A stretch of 64,000 nucleotides of DNA from Thermoleophilaceae bacterium (GTDB lineage Bacteria > Actinomycetota > Thermoleophilia > Solirubrobacterales > Thermoleophilaceae), in assembly GCA_035630455.1 (NCBI GenBank), contig DASQKP010000031.1:21429-85428 (forward strand), written 5' to 3'. Position numbers and translations under genes: made by a program. The notes under the pieces were generated by a model. That model was not told where the DNA came from, searched no databases, and was given only the letters and a program-made list of their open reading frames with translations. Shown here piece after piece: positions 45,707-54,525 of this stretch (its first letter is position 1; each line of letters starts with the position of its first letter).

Positions 45707-46660
45707 TCAGCGCCGTGGGCGCGGCATCCGCGAGGTGTCGACGACCTCGAAGTCGCTGCCGCGGAGGCGGTGCAGCGAGTGGAGGTCGTCGTTGCTCCAG
45801 CGCGGCGACGGAGCGCCCGATACGTACCAGGCGGAGCCGTTGTCGGCGACGAGCGCGCCGTAGCGCTTCAGCGCTCGCAGGACCACGCGCGACTGCGGGG
45901 GAAAGCGCGAGACGTCGAGCCCGCGCCTCACGCGGACCCTCTGACCCATCGCCGGCAGGTTGGGGTCTCTCGAGTCGGAGGCGAAGTGGCGCGCCGGATA
46001 GATGAAGGCGCGCCGGGTGCGCGGGACAGTGATTCGCAGCGCATGGTCGATCCGCCCGCGACGGACCTCGTCGTAGCGCACTAGGCCAGGCAGGATCGGC
46101 AGCCCGGCGGCGTCGGCGGACGTCCAGCCGCGCGGACGGAGGCGGTTGGAGCGCAAGTCCCAACGGGCGCCGGAACCGGCCCGCCAGCGCTTGCCACCGT
46201 CGACCGGGTAGGCGGCGTAGAGCTCGTGCAGCACGCAACGGGCGCGGTCGAGGACGATCACGTGGCGGTCGCCGTCGGCCCGCCGGCCGCCCTCGATCGG
46301 CGCGTCGCGCGGGATCGGGTAGCGGCCGCGGTCCGACTCGTCGGCGTAGTCGAAGCTCACCGGCACGCGCGGCTGCTCGCGACCGACGACGACGTACGGA
46401 ATCCCGATCGGCCCTCCGTCCCAGAGCCCTGATCCGAAGTCGGCGTGAGCGTTGTCTGAGCGCCCGATCGCCCGGACCATCGCGTCAGAGCGCGGGTGTA
46501 CCGGTAGCCGGTCAACTGACTGGTTCCACTGGCTCGACGCGGGGAAGACCGGGCATTGCGCCGCCTTGGGAAGCGGTCGACCCTCTCCGCCGCGCGCAAG
46601 CACGGCGCCCACGACGACCGCGCCCAGAACGGCAATCAGCAGGCGGACCCGAACGCTCAT
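45707..46660 (-). CDS. Secreted conserved hypothetical protein
   Basis: 317 aa with a signal peptide (MSVRVRLLIAVLGAVVVGAVLA) and balanced amino-acid composition. I recognise no family motif. Confidence 0.6.
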   Translation of the reverse strand: MSVRVRLLIAVLGAVVVGAVLARGGEGRPLPKAAQCPVFPASSQWNQSVDRLPVHPRSDAMVRAIGRSDNAHADFGSGLWDGGPIGIPYVVVGREQPRVPVSFDYADESDRGRYPIPRDAPIEGGRRADGDRHVIVLDRARCVLHELYAAYPVDGGKRWRAGSGARWDLRSNRLRPRGWTSADAAGLPILPGLVRYDEVRRGRIDHALRITVPRTRRAFIYPARHFASDSRDPNLPAMGQRVRVRRGLDVSRFPPQSRVVLRALKRYGALVADNGSAWYVSGAPSPRWSNDDLHSLHRLRGSDFEVVDTSRMPRPRR

Positions 46661-46751
46661 CGGGCCAGCCTAGGCTCGACAGCGGCGGGCGAGCGCGCAG
46701 ATGCACGATTGCCAGGGCCCTGACCCCCACAATCGTGCATCTGGTGCCGAA

Positions 46752-47159
46752 TCAGCCGAGCTGCTTCACGGCCGGACCATCGGCCCCGTCGGGGTTGCGG
46801 CCGTCGCGGCCGACGTAGCCGCCCTTCGCCCCCACGACGACATAGACGACGTCGGCGCCGCTCGCGTTGCGGGTCTTGCGGTGCGTCGCGGCCGCGACGC
46901 GCGCGATGCCGCCCGCGCCGAGCCGGTGGACGGTCCCGTCGCCGAACTCGATCTCGAGCTCTCCGGAGTGCACGAAGTACAGCTCCTCCTGCGTGTCGTG
47001 GAAGTGGAACTCCGACTCGATCCCTGTCGGCATGACGATCGCGTTGATCCCGAACTCCTCGACACCGAGCTCGCGCCGGATCTTGCGGAACCCGGGCCCG
47101 TCGCCGAGGTCGTCGAGATTCGCGACCGAATAACCCTCACCCTGCGTGACTTGGCTCAT
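46752..47159 (-). CDS. Cupin-domain protein
   Basis: 135 aa. FHFHDTQEELYFVHSGELEIEFGDG...H matches the two cupin motifs G(x)5HxH.. / G(x)5..H. Confidence 0.8.
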   Translation of the reverse strand: MSQVTQGEGYSVANLDDLGDGPGFRKIRRELGVEEFGINAIVMPTGIESEFHFHDTQEELYFVHSGELEIEFGDGTVHRLGAGGIARVAAATHRKTRNASGADVVYVVVGAKGGYVGRDGRNPDGADGPAVKQLG

Positions 47160-47191
47160 GGCGGAACCCTATAACCGGGTACAAACCCTCC

Positions 47192-47941
47192 ATGGTCAGA
47201 ATCGGCTGCTCGGGCTGGAACTACGACTCATGGCGCGAGGCGCTCTATCCCAAGGGCATGGGCCCGGCCCGCTGGCTGGGCGAGTACTCGCAGCGATTCG
47301 ACACGGTCGAGGTCAACTCGACCTTCTACCGGCTCGCCTCGCGCAAGGCGGTCGAGAAGTGGGTCGCCGACACGCCCGAGGACTTCTGCTTCACCGTCAA
47401 GGCGAGCCGCTACCTGACCCACGTCAAGCGGCTGGCAGACGCTCCGGAGAAAGACTTCGAGCTCACCAAGGGACTCGCCCGCTTCTACGACCCGATCCAG
47501 CCGCTGGCCGACGCCGGCAAGCTGGGTCCGACTCTCTGGCAGCTCCCAGCCAACTTCCGGCGCGACGACGAGCGGCTCGCGAACCTGCTGGACCGCGTCC
47601 CGCCCGGCCGCCACTGCATCGAGTTCCGTGACGCGAGCTGGTTCGCCGACGACGTCTACGAGCTGCTGCATCGACACGACGCGGCGCTGGTGATCGGCGA
47701 CGACCCCGAGCGGCCGCTGCCGGAGGCGGAGCCGACGGCCGACTGGACCTTCGTCCGCCTTCATCGCGGCTCACGCGGACGGCGCGGCAACTACGCGCCG
47801 AGCGAGCTGGAGCAGTGGGCGCGACGAATCGCGAACTGGCGCAAGGACGGACTCGACGTCTACGCCTACTTCAACAACGACTGGGAGGCCTTCGCACCCC
47901 GCAACGCGGAGAAGCTGAAGCAACTTCTCGCGACGGACTAG
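47192..47941 (+). CDS. DUF72 (YecE-like) family protein
   Basis: MVRIGCSGWNYDSWREALYP...FDTVEVNSTFYRL...FTVKASRYLTH is the characteristic DUF72 N-terminus. Confidence 0.85.
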   Translation: MVRIGCSGWNYDSWREALYPKGMGPARWLGEYSQRFDTVEVNSTFYRLASRKAVEKWVADTPEDFCFTVKASRYLTHVKRLADAPEKDFELTKGLARFYDPIQPLADAGKLGPTLWQLPANFRRDDERLANLLDRVPPGRHCIEFRDASWFADDVYELLHRHDAALVIGDDPERPLPEAEPTADWTFVRLHRGSRGRRGNYAPSELEQWARRIANWRKDGLDVYAYFNNDWEAFAPRNAEKLKQLLATD

Positions 47942-48714
47942 CCCCCGGCCGCCTCGGCCTTCGCGAGCCCACGCAGCGCCCAGACGCCGAAGAAGACGAG
48001 CATCCCGATCGCTACCCCGTAGGTGAGCGCCAGATCGGCGGGAACGCCGGAGACGAAGTCGCGCCCGGTCTCGATGACGGCGGTGATCGGGTTGACGCTG
48101 GCCGCCGTCTTGACCCAGCCCGTGAGCAGGTTCAGCGGTACGTAGACCGGAGCGATGAAGATGATCAGGAAGACCGGCGTCTGCATCAGCGGACCGGCCT
48201 GCAGCGAGCGGAAGCGCAGCGCGATCCCCGCCGCCCACATCAGCGCGGTCGTGTTGATCAGCAGCGCAAGCGAGTACATGCCGACCATCTCCGCCGGGCT
48301 GCCGCCGACCTCCATTCCGACCGCCAGCGCAATCGTGGTCAGCAGAACCCAGATGAAAACCGCCCGGCCGGTCGCCACGAGGGCGTAGCCGGCAAGCAGC
48401 GCGCGCCGGTTCGGCGCCGCTAGCATCATCCGCCGGCCGAAGCCGGACTCGAAGTCGCGCGCGATCGCGAAGCCGGTGAACACGCCGCCGAAGGCGCTCG
48501 CCTGGATCAGCACGAAGACGAATTGGAACGTCGTGTAGTTCTCGGGAAAGTCGAAGCCCGGCACGTTGGCGACGTTCGACAGCCCGCCCGCGAACGCCGC
48601 AAAGAAGAACAGCGGGAACATCATCGACGGGATCACCATCGTCGGGTCGTGGAAGAAGCGGTGCAGTCCGCGCCAGCCGACGCCGAGCGCGACCGAGCGG
48701 TTGCGCGCGTTCAC
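47938..48714 (-). CDS. ABC-2 type transporter permease
   Basis: 258 aa, six hydrophobic segments, 4-nt overlap with the upstream permease. Confidence 0.8.
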   Translation of the reverse strand: MNARNRSVALGVGWRGLHRFFHDPTMVIPSMMFPLFFFAAFAGGLSNVANVPGFDFPENYTTFQFVFVLIQASAFGGVFTGFAIARDFESGFGRRMMLAAPNRRALLAGYALVATGRAVFIWVLLTTIALAVGMEVGGSPAEMVGMYSLALLINTTALMWAAGIALRFRSLQAGPLMQTPVFLIIFIAPVYVPLNLLTGWVKTAASVNPITAVIETGRDFVSGVPADLALTYGVAIGMLVFFGVWALRGLAKAEAAGG

Positions 48715-49490
48715 GTGCGCACCACCCGCGCGTTGAGGGCCCGCACCGCGAGCGGCAGGAAGATCGCCGAGATTATCGCCGCGACCCCGAACGCCTCGGC
48801 GAGCGCGGCCACGTCCCAGCCGCCGTAGAAGAGGCTCCGGATGCCGCTGAACATGAAGCTGACCGGGTTGTGCTCGGCGATCGCGCGGAACCAGTCGTTC
48901 TCGATCAGGTCCGCGGGCAGCGCCATCGTCGACAGGAAGAGGAAGACGAACAGCAACGGGAACAGTCCCTGGACCGCCTCCCCGTTGCCGAAGCGGAAAG
49001 CGGCCGTGATGCCGATCAGGCCGAAGGCGAAGACGATCGCGACCTCGAGCGCGAGCAGCACGACGACGCCGGCCGCTCCGGTGTCGAAGGTCGCCCCGGC
49101 CGCTAGGCCGATCGCCAGGAAGATCACGCCCTGGACGAGTCCGAGCGCGATCGTGCCGGCCATCTGCCCGGAGACCAGTCCGGTGCGGCTCAGCGGCGTC
49201 AAGGCGAGCCGGTCGAGGAAGCCCGTCTCGATGTCACGCGCCAGGTCGGCGCCGAGGCCGGCGACGGCGAACAGCCCGGCCTGCATGAACGGCACGGCGA
49301 TGATCCAGGTGAGGTAGTCGGGCGCCGGAAAGCCGGGCAGCTCGGCCGCGGCGTCGAGCCCGGCCGCGTTGATCGCGAACAGGAACAGCGGGAAGGTGAT
49401 CGCCGGGATGACCTGGGCGGGCTGGCGCGCCGTGCGAACCAGCGAGCGGCGCGCCAACTCGGAGATCTGCGTGCGCGTGTAGGCGCTCAA
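48711..49490 (-). CDS. ABC-2 type transporter permease
   Basis: 259 aa, six hydrophobic segments, 4-nt overlap with the ATPase gene. Confidence 0.8.
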   Translation of the reverse strand: MSAYTRTQISELARRSLVRTARQPAQVIPAITFPLFLFAINAAGLDAAAELPGFPAPDYLTWIIAVPFMQAGLFAVAGLGADLARDIETGFLDRLALTPLSRTGLVSGQMAGTIALGLVQGVIFLAIGLAAGATFDTGAAGVVVLLALEVAIVFAFGLIGITAAFRFGNGEAVQGLFPLLFVFLFLSTMALPADLIENDWFRAIAEHNPVSFMFSGIRSLFYGGWDVAALAEAFGVAAIISAIFLPLAVRALNARVVRT

Positions 49491-50524
49491 GCCGGTGTTC
49501 CCTCGACGGCCCGCTCGCTGTCGGCGACGAAAGCGCCGGCCTTCTCGTCATCGTCCCCCGACCCCTCGAGCGAGCGACCGGTCTTGTCGAGGAAGACATC
49601 GTCGAGGGTCGGCGCATGCAGCTGCAGACTGGCGACGGCGATGCCCTCGGCGTCGAGCGCGCGGACGACGCCGGCCATCGCCGCGTCGCCGCCCTTCAAC
49701 CGCACGCCGACGCTGCCGTGCTCGTGGTGGACGCAGTCGCCGCCGGCCGAGAAGCGCTGGAGCACCGCGGCCATCTGCTCGCGGCGATCGGGCTCGGCGG
49801 GCACCACCTCGAGGCTCGGCTCGCCGATCTCCGCCTTGAGCACGGCCGGTGTGCCCTCGGCGACGATCCTGCCGCGGTCGATGATCCCGACCCGGTTCGC
49901 GAGCGCGTCGGCCTCCTCCAGGTACTGGGTGGTCAGGAAGACGGTGACGCCATCCTCCTTCGACAGCCGCTCGACCTCCTCCCAGAGCGAGGCGCGGCTC
50001 TGGGGGTCGAGGCCGGTGGTCGGCTCGTCGAGGAAGAGGATGCGCGGGCCGTGGACGAGCGACAGAGCGAGGTCGAGCCGGCGCTTCATGCCGCCCGAGT
50101 AGCCGCCGACACGACGGTCGGCGGCGTCGGAGAGCCCGACGCGCTCGATCAGCTCGTCGCCGCGCCGCATGCGCTCCGCCTTCGCGATGCCGTGCAGCGA
50201 GGTTTGCAGGCGCATGTGCTCACGGCCGGTCAGGAAGGGGTCGAGCGCGGCCTCCTGGAGCGCGGCGCCGATGCTCTCGCGCACGCGCGCGCCGTCGGTC
50301 GCGACCTCCCAGCCGGCCACGCGCGCCGAGCCGGCGGTCGGCGGGAGCAGCGTGGTGAGCATCAGGACGGTCGTCGACTTGCCGGCGCCGTTAGGCCCGA
50401 GGAATCCGTAGATCTCCCCGGGCGCGACCTGAAGGTCGATCCCGTCGACGGCACGCGGTCCCTTCTTGAACTGCTTGACGAGGCCCTCGACTTCGATGCT
50501 TGCGGCGCGCTGGCTGGAGCTCAT
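49487..50524 (-). CDS. ABC transporter ATP-binding protein (DrrA/daunorubicin-resistance-like)
   Basis: ORF trimmed to ATG 50524. Walker A GPNGAGKST, signature YSGGMKRRLDLA, Walker B ILFLDEPTTGLD, C-terminal DrrA-type extension. Confidence 0.9.
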   Translation of the reverse strand: MSSSQRAASIEVEGLVKQFKKGPRAVDGIDLQVAPGEIYGFLGPNGAGKSTTVLMLTTLLPPTAGSARVAGWEVATDGARVRESIGAALQEAALDPFLTGREHMRLQTSLHGIAKAERMRRGDELIERVGLSDAADRRVGGYSGGMKRRLDLALSLVHGPRILFLDEPTTGLDPQSRASLWEEVERLSKEDGVTVFLTTQYLEEADALANRVGIIDRGRIVAEGTPAVLKAEIGEPSLEVVPAEPDRREQMAAVLQRFSAGGDCVHHEHGSVGVRLKGGDAAMAGVVRALDAEGIAVASLQLHAPTLDDVFLDKTGRSLEGSGDDDEKAGAFVADSERAVEGTPA

Positions 50525-50624
50525 GACGCGGCAGGCTAGCACGATGCTTGAACATGTCAACTATTTGTCGTCGCGACCTTTGCCTTGCTTGACTTTTGCG
50601 CTGGAGTAGATACCGTTCGGGGCA

Positions 50625-51059
50625 ATGAGCACGCCGACCAGGGTCGACCCCGCCACCGAGGCCTGGAGCCTCGCCCTCGGGATCGTGTTCTCCGAGAAGC
50701 CCCCACGGGTGCCGGCCGTCGCGTCCGAGTTCGATCTGTCTCCGATGGCGCTGAAGCTGCTCTACACGCTCGAGCCCGACGCGGCCAAGCCGATGAGCGC
50801 GCTGGCCGAGACCCTCTTCTGCGATGCCTCGAACGTCACGGGCATCGTCGATCGCCTCGAGGCACGCGGGCTGATGGAGCGCCGCGACAGTCCCGGCGAT
50901 CGCCGCGTGAAGCTGATCGCGCTGACCGAGGACGGCGCCGTCATGCGCGAGCAGGTCCGGCAGCGGTTGCACGAGCCGCCCGAGCAGATCGCGGCGCTCT
51001 CACGCGAGGACAAGCGCACCCTGCGCGACGTCCTGCGGCGCGCCGTCGACTGCTGCTAG
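50625..51059 (+). CDS. MarR-family transcriptional regulator
   Basis: 144 aa. MSALAETLFCDASNVTGIVDRLEARGLMERRDSPGDRRVKLIALTEDG is the MarR winged helix. Divergent from the ABC exporter. Confidence 0.85.
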   Translation: MSTPTRVDPATEAWSLALGIVFSEKPPRVPAVASEFDLSPMALKLLYTLEPDAAKPMSALAETLFCDASNVTGIVDRLEARGLMERRDSPGDRRVKLIALTEDGAVMREQVRQRLHEPPEQIAALSREDKRTLRDVLRRAVDCC

Positions 51060-51074
51060 CGACTGCGCGGCCCC

Positions 51075-51149
51075 CTGCCGGCGGAAGCGGCGCCCATGGA
51101 CAGTTCTTGCGAGTCCATTCCTCCGGGCCGCGCCCGCTTCCACCGGCAG
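51075..51149. repeat. Long nested inverted repeat (about 19-bp outer stem, 6-bp inner stem) between convergent genes
   Basis: CTGCCGGCGGAAGCGGCGC (51075-51093) pairs with GCGCCCGCTTCCACCGGCAG (51130-51149), with one bulge and one mismatch. Inner ATGGAC (51096-51101) pairs with GTCCAT (51113-51118). Confidence 0.6.
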
Positions 51150-51245
51150 CCTTCCGCCCGTCCTTCCCTCCCCGGGAATCTCATGGCCGAAGACGGCGCT
51201 GGTTGGTACTTGCGTCTCGGATGCTCTTTGTGACATGGGGGGCGA

Positions 51246-51656
51246 CTAGTCGTCGCCGCCCGAGTCGTCCGAGCCCGAGCTGTCGGAGCCGGAGTCGTCG
51301 TCGCCACCGCGCCCACGGCCGCGGCCTCGACCGCGTCCGCTGTCGTCCTCGCCGCCGCCGTCGTCGTCGGCGACGGGCGGCGTGACCGGCGCCACCGGCT
51401 GAGCGTCGCGTCGCGCCGCGGCACGGCGCCGCGCGGCCGCGCGACGAGCTGCCTGGCGGCGGCCCTGCTCGCGCGCACGGGCACGCTGCTTGGCGCGATC
51501 GACCGGCGGAGCCAGCTCCTCGCCCGCGGTGATCGGCTCCGAGGTCAGGCCGACGTCCTCGGTCGTCAGGGCGCGAACGCCCATCGACACCCCGCCGGCG
51601 ACCACCAGCCCGACCAGCGCGATCAGGGTCCAGGTGACGGCGGTCCGACGGCTCAT
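51246..51656 (-). CDS. Membrane-anchored protein with a basic coil and an Asp/Gly/Ser-rich acidic tail, unknown function
   Basis: 136 aa. 4-nt overlap with the histidine-kinase stop. One TM helix, an Arg/Ala-rich segment, then DDDGGGEDDSGRGRGRGRGRGGDDDSGSDSSGSDDSGGDD. Confidence 0.55.
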   Translation of the reverse strand: MSRRTAVTWTLIALVGLVVAGGVSMGVRALTTEDVGLTSEPITAGEELAPPVDRAKQRARAREQGRRQAARRAAARRRAAARRDAQPVAPVTPPVADDDGGGEDDSGRGRGRGRGRGGDDDSGSDSSGSDDSGGDD

Positions 51657-53032
51657 CGCGCCTCCTCCCAGGTGAGCGTGGCGCGGGCGCCGTCGCCGTC
51701 CTCGCGGTTGGCGATCCGCAGCTCTCCGCCCCAGGTCCCGGCAAGCTCCTGCGCGATCGCCAGTCCCAGCCCCGTTCCCGCGGGCCCCTGGCGTCCGGCA
51801 GATCCGCGGTGGAAGCGGCGCAGAACCGTCTCCTCCTCGCCGGGCGCCAGCCCCGGACCGCGGTCGAGCACCTCGACGACGCCGTCGCCCGCGACGATCT
51901 CGACCGCGCTTCCAGCCGGCGAGTAGCGGATCGCGTTCTCGACCAGCGAGTCGACCGCCCGCTCCAGCGCCGCCGGGGAGCAGCGAGCTGGCAGCGCGCC
52001 GTTGGTGTGACGGACGGCCAGGTCGACACCGCCTTCGCGCGCCGGGGCCTCCCAGCGCCGTTGGGCCGCGTCGGCGGCGTCGCCCAGATCGACGGTCTCG
52101 GCCTCGGCGAGCACGTCGGCCTCGCCGGCGCGGCTGAGCACCAGCAGCTCCTCGACCATCGCGCTGAGGCGGTCGACCTCGGCGATGCCGTGGTCGATCT
52201 CCTCGCGCGCGGCGGGGTCGCGCGACTCTGCGCGTGCCTCCTCGAGCCGCAGCCGCAGACCGGTCAGGGGCGTCCGCAGCTGGTGCGACGCGTCGGCGAC
52301 GAACTGGCGTTGTGCCTGGAGCGCCTGCGCCAGGCGCCCGGTCATCGTGTTGAACGAGCGCGCGAGCGACCGCTGCTCGCTGGTTCCCTCCACGGGCGCG
52401 CGGCGGTCGAGGTCGCCGTCGGCGATCTGGCGCGCGGTCGCGTCGAGGCGGTCGAGCGGGCGCGCGATCCGGCGGGCGATCACCCAGCCGACCGCGAGGC
52501 CGAGCAGCAGCACGACGCCGCCGAGCAGGGCGAGGCCCGCGACCGAGCGGCGCACCGCGCGACCGACTGCGTCGACGCTCTGGGTCACCCGGACCGCTCC
52601 CGCCGGCCGCCCCGCCTCGATCACGGGCACGGCCGTCGCGAGCAGCTCCTTGCCGAGGGTGTCGCTGTCGCGCGTCTCCTGGACCGGGCTGCCGTCGAGC
52701 GCCGAGGCGACCTCGGGCCGATTGCCGTAGTCCTCGCCGCGCGTCGCGGTACCAGCGCTGTCGGCGAGCACCAGGCCGGCGCGGTCGACGATCACGACCC
52801 GTCCGCGGACGTTGGCGGCCGAGACTCGGGCCAGGTCCTCCAGCCCGGCGCTGTCGTCGCCGAGCAGGTCGGACGCGGTCGCGGCCACCAGGTCGGCCTG
52901 GCTGCGCGACTGCGAGCGGACCTCGGAATCGACACGGTCGCGGACGTTGAGAGCCAACGGCACGCCGAGCGCGAGGATCGCCAGCAGCAGCACGTAGGCC
53001 ATCGCCAGCAGCAAGCCGGTGCGCAGGCTCAA
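51653..53032 (-). CDS. Sensor histidine kinase (two TM segments, ~150-aa extracytoplasmic domain, HAMP, HisKA, HATPase_c)
   Basis: H-box FVADASHQLRTPLTGL, N-box LVENAIRYSP, G1 DRGPGL, G2 GTGLGLAIA. Confidence 0.9.
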   Translation of the reverse strand: MSLRTGLLLAMAYVLLLAILALGVPLALNVRDRVDSEVRSQSRSQADLVAATASDLLGDDSAGLEDLARVSAANVRGRVVIVDRAGLVLADSAGTATRGEDYGNRPEVASALDGSPVQETRDSDTLGKELLATAVPVIEAGRPAGAVRVTQSVDAVGRAVRRSVAGLALLGGVVLLLGLAVGWVIARRIARPLDRLDATARQIADGDLDRRAPVEGTSEQRSLARSFNTMTGRLAQALQAQRQFVADASHQLRTPLTGLRLRLEEARAESRDPAAREEIDHGIAEVDRLSAMVEELLVLSRAGEADVLAEAETVDLGDAADAAQRRWEAPAREGGVDLAVRHTNGALPARCSPAALERAVDSLVENAIRYSPAGSAVEIVAGDGVVEVLDRGPGLAPGEEETVLRRFHRGSAGRQGPAGTGLGLAIAQELAGTWGGELRIANREDGDGARATLTWEEAR

Positions 53033-53730
53033 GGCGCCGCCATCCGGAAGCCGACCCCCCGCACCGTGTGGATATAGGTCGGGCTCTCGGCCTCGTCGCC
53101 GAGCTTGCGCCGCAGCGTGCCGACGTGGACGTCGAGCGTCTTCGTCGAGCCGTACCAGTTCTCGTCCCAGACGCTCGACAGCAGCTCCTCGCGGGTCACC
53201 ACGTTTCCCGCGTCACGAACGAGGCGGACCAACAGGTCGAACTCACGCCGCGTCAGGTCGAGCTCCCGTCCGGCGAGCGACGCCTGGCGCGCGCCCGGGT
53301 CGACGGTCAGCTCACCGACCGTCTGCGGCGCCGCGGGGGCAGGCGAGCCGTTGCCGGTGCGGCGCAGCACCGCCCTGATCCGTGCGATCACCTCGGCGCT
53401 CGAGAACGGCTTGACGACGTAGTCGTCGGCGCCCAGCTCGAGGCCGACGACGCGGTCCATCTCCGTGCCGCGCGCGGTCAGCATCAGGATCGGCACCTCC
53501 GACTTGCGCCGCAGCTCGCGACAGACGTCGCGCCCGTCGCCGTCGGGCAGGTTGAGGTCGAGCAGCACGAGGTCGAACTCCATCCGATCGGCCAGCGCAA
53601 GCGCCTCCGCCGCGGTGTACGCCGTCACCGGCTCGAAGCCCTCCCGGGCGAGGGCCTTCGCGAACGGCTCGGAGATCGAGCGCTCGTCCTCCACGAACAG
53701 GATGCGCGGGCGTCCCGCCGCAGGTTCCAC
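53029..53730 (-). CDS. OmpR/PhoB-family response regulator
   Basis: ORF trimmed to GTG 53730 (VEPAAGRPRILFVEDE...). Receiver motifs LLDLNLPDGDG and VVKPF, plus a winged-helix LTRREFDLLVRLV...TLDVHVGTLRRKL. Confidence 0.9.
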   Translation of the reverse strand: MEPAAGRPRILFVEDERSISEPFAKALAREGFEPVTAYTAAEALALADRMEFDLVLLDLNLPDGDGRDVCRELRRKSEVPILMLTARGTEMDRVVGLELGADDYVVKPFSSAEVIARIRAVLRRTGNGSPAPAAPQTVGELTVDPGARQASLAGRELDLTRREFDLLVRLVRDAGNVVTREELLSSVWDENWYGSTKTLDVHVGTLRRKLGDEAESPTYIHTVRGVGFRMAAP

Positions 53731-53853
53731 GATCCCACTGTAGCCCGCTTCCAGAGCGGTCCCGAGATCCCTTACCCACTCCTTACCCGTGCCTAGCTGG
53801 CCGCTGGGCGTCCCCACGCGACGCTGCGAGAGCAAGCCATCGAAGGAGCAGCC

Positions 53854-54300
53854 ATGAGCAGGATGCGCATAGCAACGGGATTCACGCTCGCCGTCCTCGG
53901 CCTCGTCGCCGCCGTCGCGGTCGGCTCGACGCTCGTCCCCGCCTCCAACACCGGCGTCCCAGCCGCCAACACCGTCGAGGGCACGACAACCGCCGAGGGC
54001 ACCACCACCGCGGAGCGGACAACCACCGTCGACGACACGACCACTTCTGGCGACGACGACGGCACGGCCGACCAAGGCCCCGGCGACGTCGGCGGCACGG
54101 TCACCTCTGACGACGATGGAACCCCCGACCAAGGCCCCGGCGACTTCGGCGCCACCGACACCATTACAACCCCCGACGATCGCCGCAGCTCCAACAGCGG
54201 CCACGACGATTCCGACGACGACCGCAGCGGCAGTGGCCATGGTGGCGACGACCGCGGATCCGACGACAACAGCGGTCATGGCGGCGGAGACGACGACTGA
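53854..54300 (+). CDS. Secreted, intrinsically acidic Thr/Asp/Gly/Ser/His-rich protein, unknown function
   Basis: ATG is preceded by GAAGGAG. Signal peptide MSRMRIATGFTLAVLGLVAAVAVG. Internal repeats (DDDGTADQGPGDVGGT / DDDGTPDQGPGDFGAT). Tail SGHDDSDDDRSGSGHGGDDRGSDDNSGHGGGDDD. Confidence 0.6.
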   Translation: MSRMRIATGFTLAVLGLVAAVAVGSTLVPASNTGVPAANTVEGTTTAEGTTTAERTTTVDDTTTSGDDDGTADQGPGDVGGTVTSDDDGTPDQGPGDFGATDTITTPDDRRSSNSGHDDSDDDRSGSGHGGDDRGSDDNSGHGGGDDD

Positions 54301-54344
54301 CCGACCCAACGCGGGCGGCCACCGCCGCCCGCGCCGTTCCTACC

Positions 54345-54521
54345 TTAGTTACGCCTGAGCTGACGAGTCTCAACCCACGACAGCACCAGGAAGTAGGCGA
54401 GCACCGAAACCGCGACGACGCCGTAGTACGCGCCAGCGCTCCAGCTTCCTAATCCAGCGAGGACAGTTCCTCCGACGGCCAGCGCTAGCGAGAGCGAAAG
54501 AGCGGGCTTGCATATATACAT
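54345..54521 (-). CDS. Unlisted 58-aa two-TM membrane peptide
   Basis: Hand-translated: MYICKPALSLSLALAVGGTVLAGLGSWSAGAYYGVVAVSVLAYFLVLSWVETRQLRRN, TAA stop. GAGGAGG lies about 12 nt upstream of the ATG. Below the 60-aa cutoff of the ORF track. Confidence 0.45.
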   Translation of the reverse strand: MYICKPALSLSLALAVGGTVLAGLGSWSAGAYYGVVAVSVLAYFLVLSWVETRQLRRN

Positions 54522-54525
54522 GATT

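Noticed and set aside
50548-50560. Imperfect palindrome TTGAACATGTCAA in the MarR/ABC-exporter divergent region, as a possible MarR operator
   Set aside because: Only 4-bp arms pair properly, with an off-centre ACATGT core. It is plausible but not distinguishable from chance by eye, and needs footprinting or comparative evidence.
51250-51380. Short tandem DNA repeats (GRGRGRGRG and DDSGSD coding repeats) that superficially look like a repeat array
   Set aside because: The units are 6-9 nt, in frame, and inside a CDS. This is low-complexity coding sequence, not a CRISPR array or satellite.
53731-54309. N-terminal 190-aa extension of the response-regulator ORF (53029-54309)
   Set aside because: The extension is a Val/Gly/Ala repeat read antisense to the well-supported secreted acidic protein gene (signal peptide plus strong RBS). 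The receiver domain begins right after GTG 53730.
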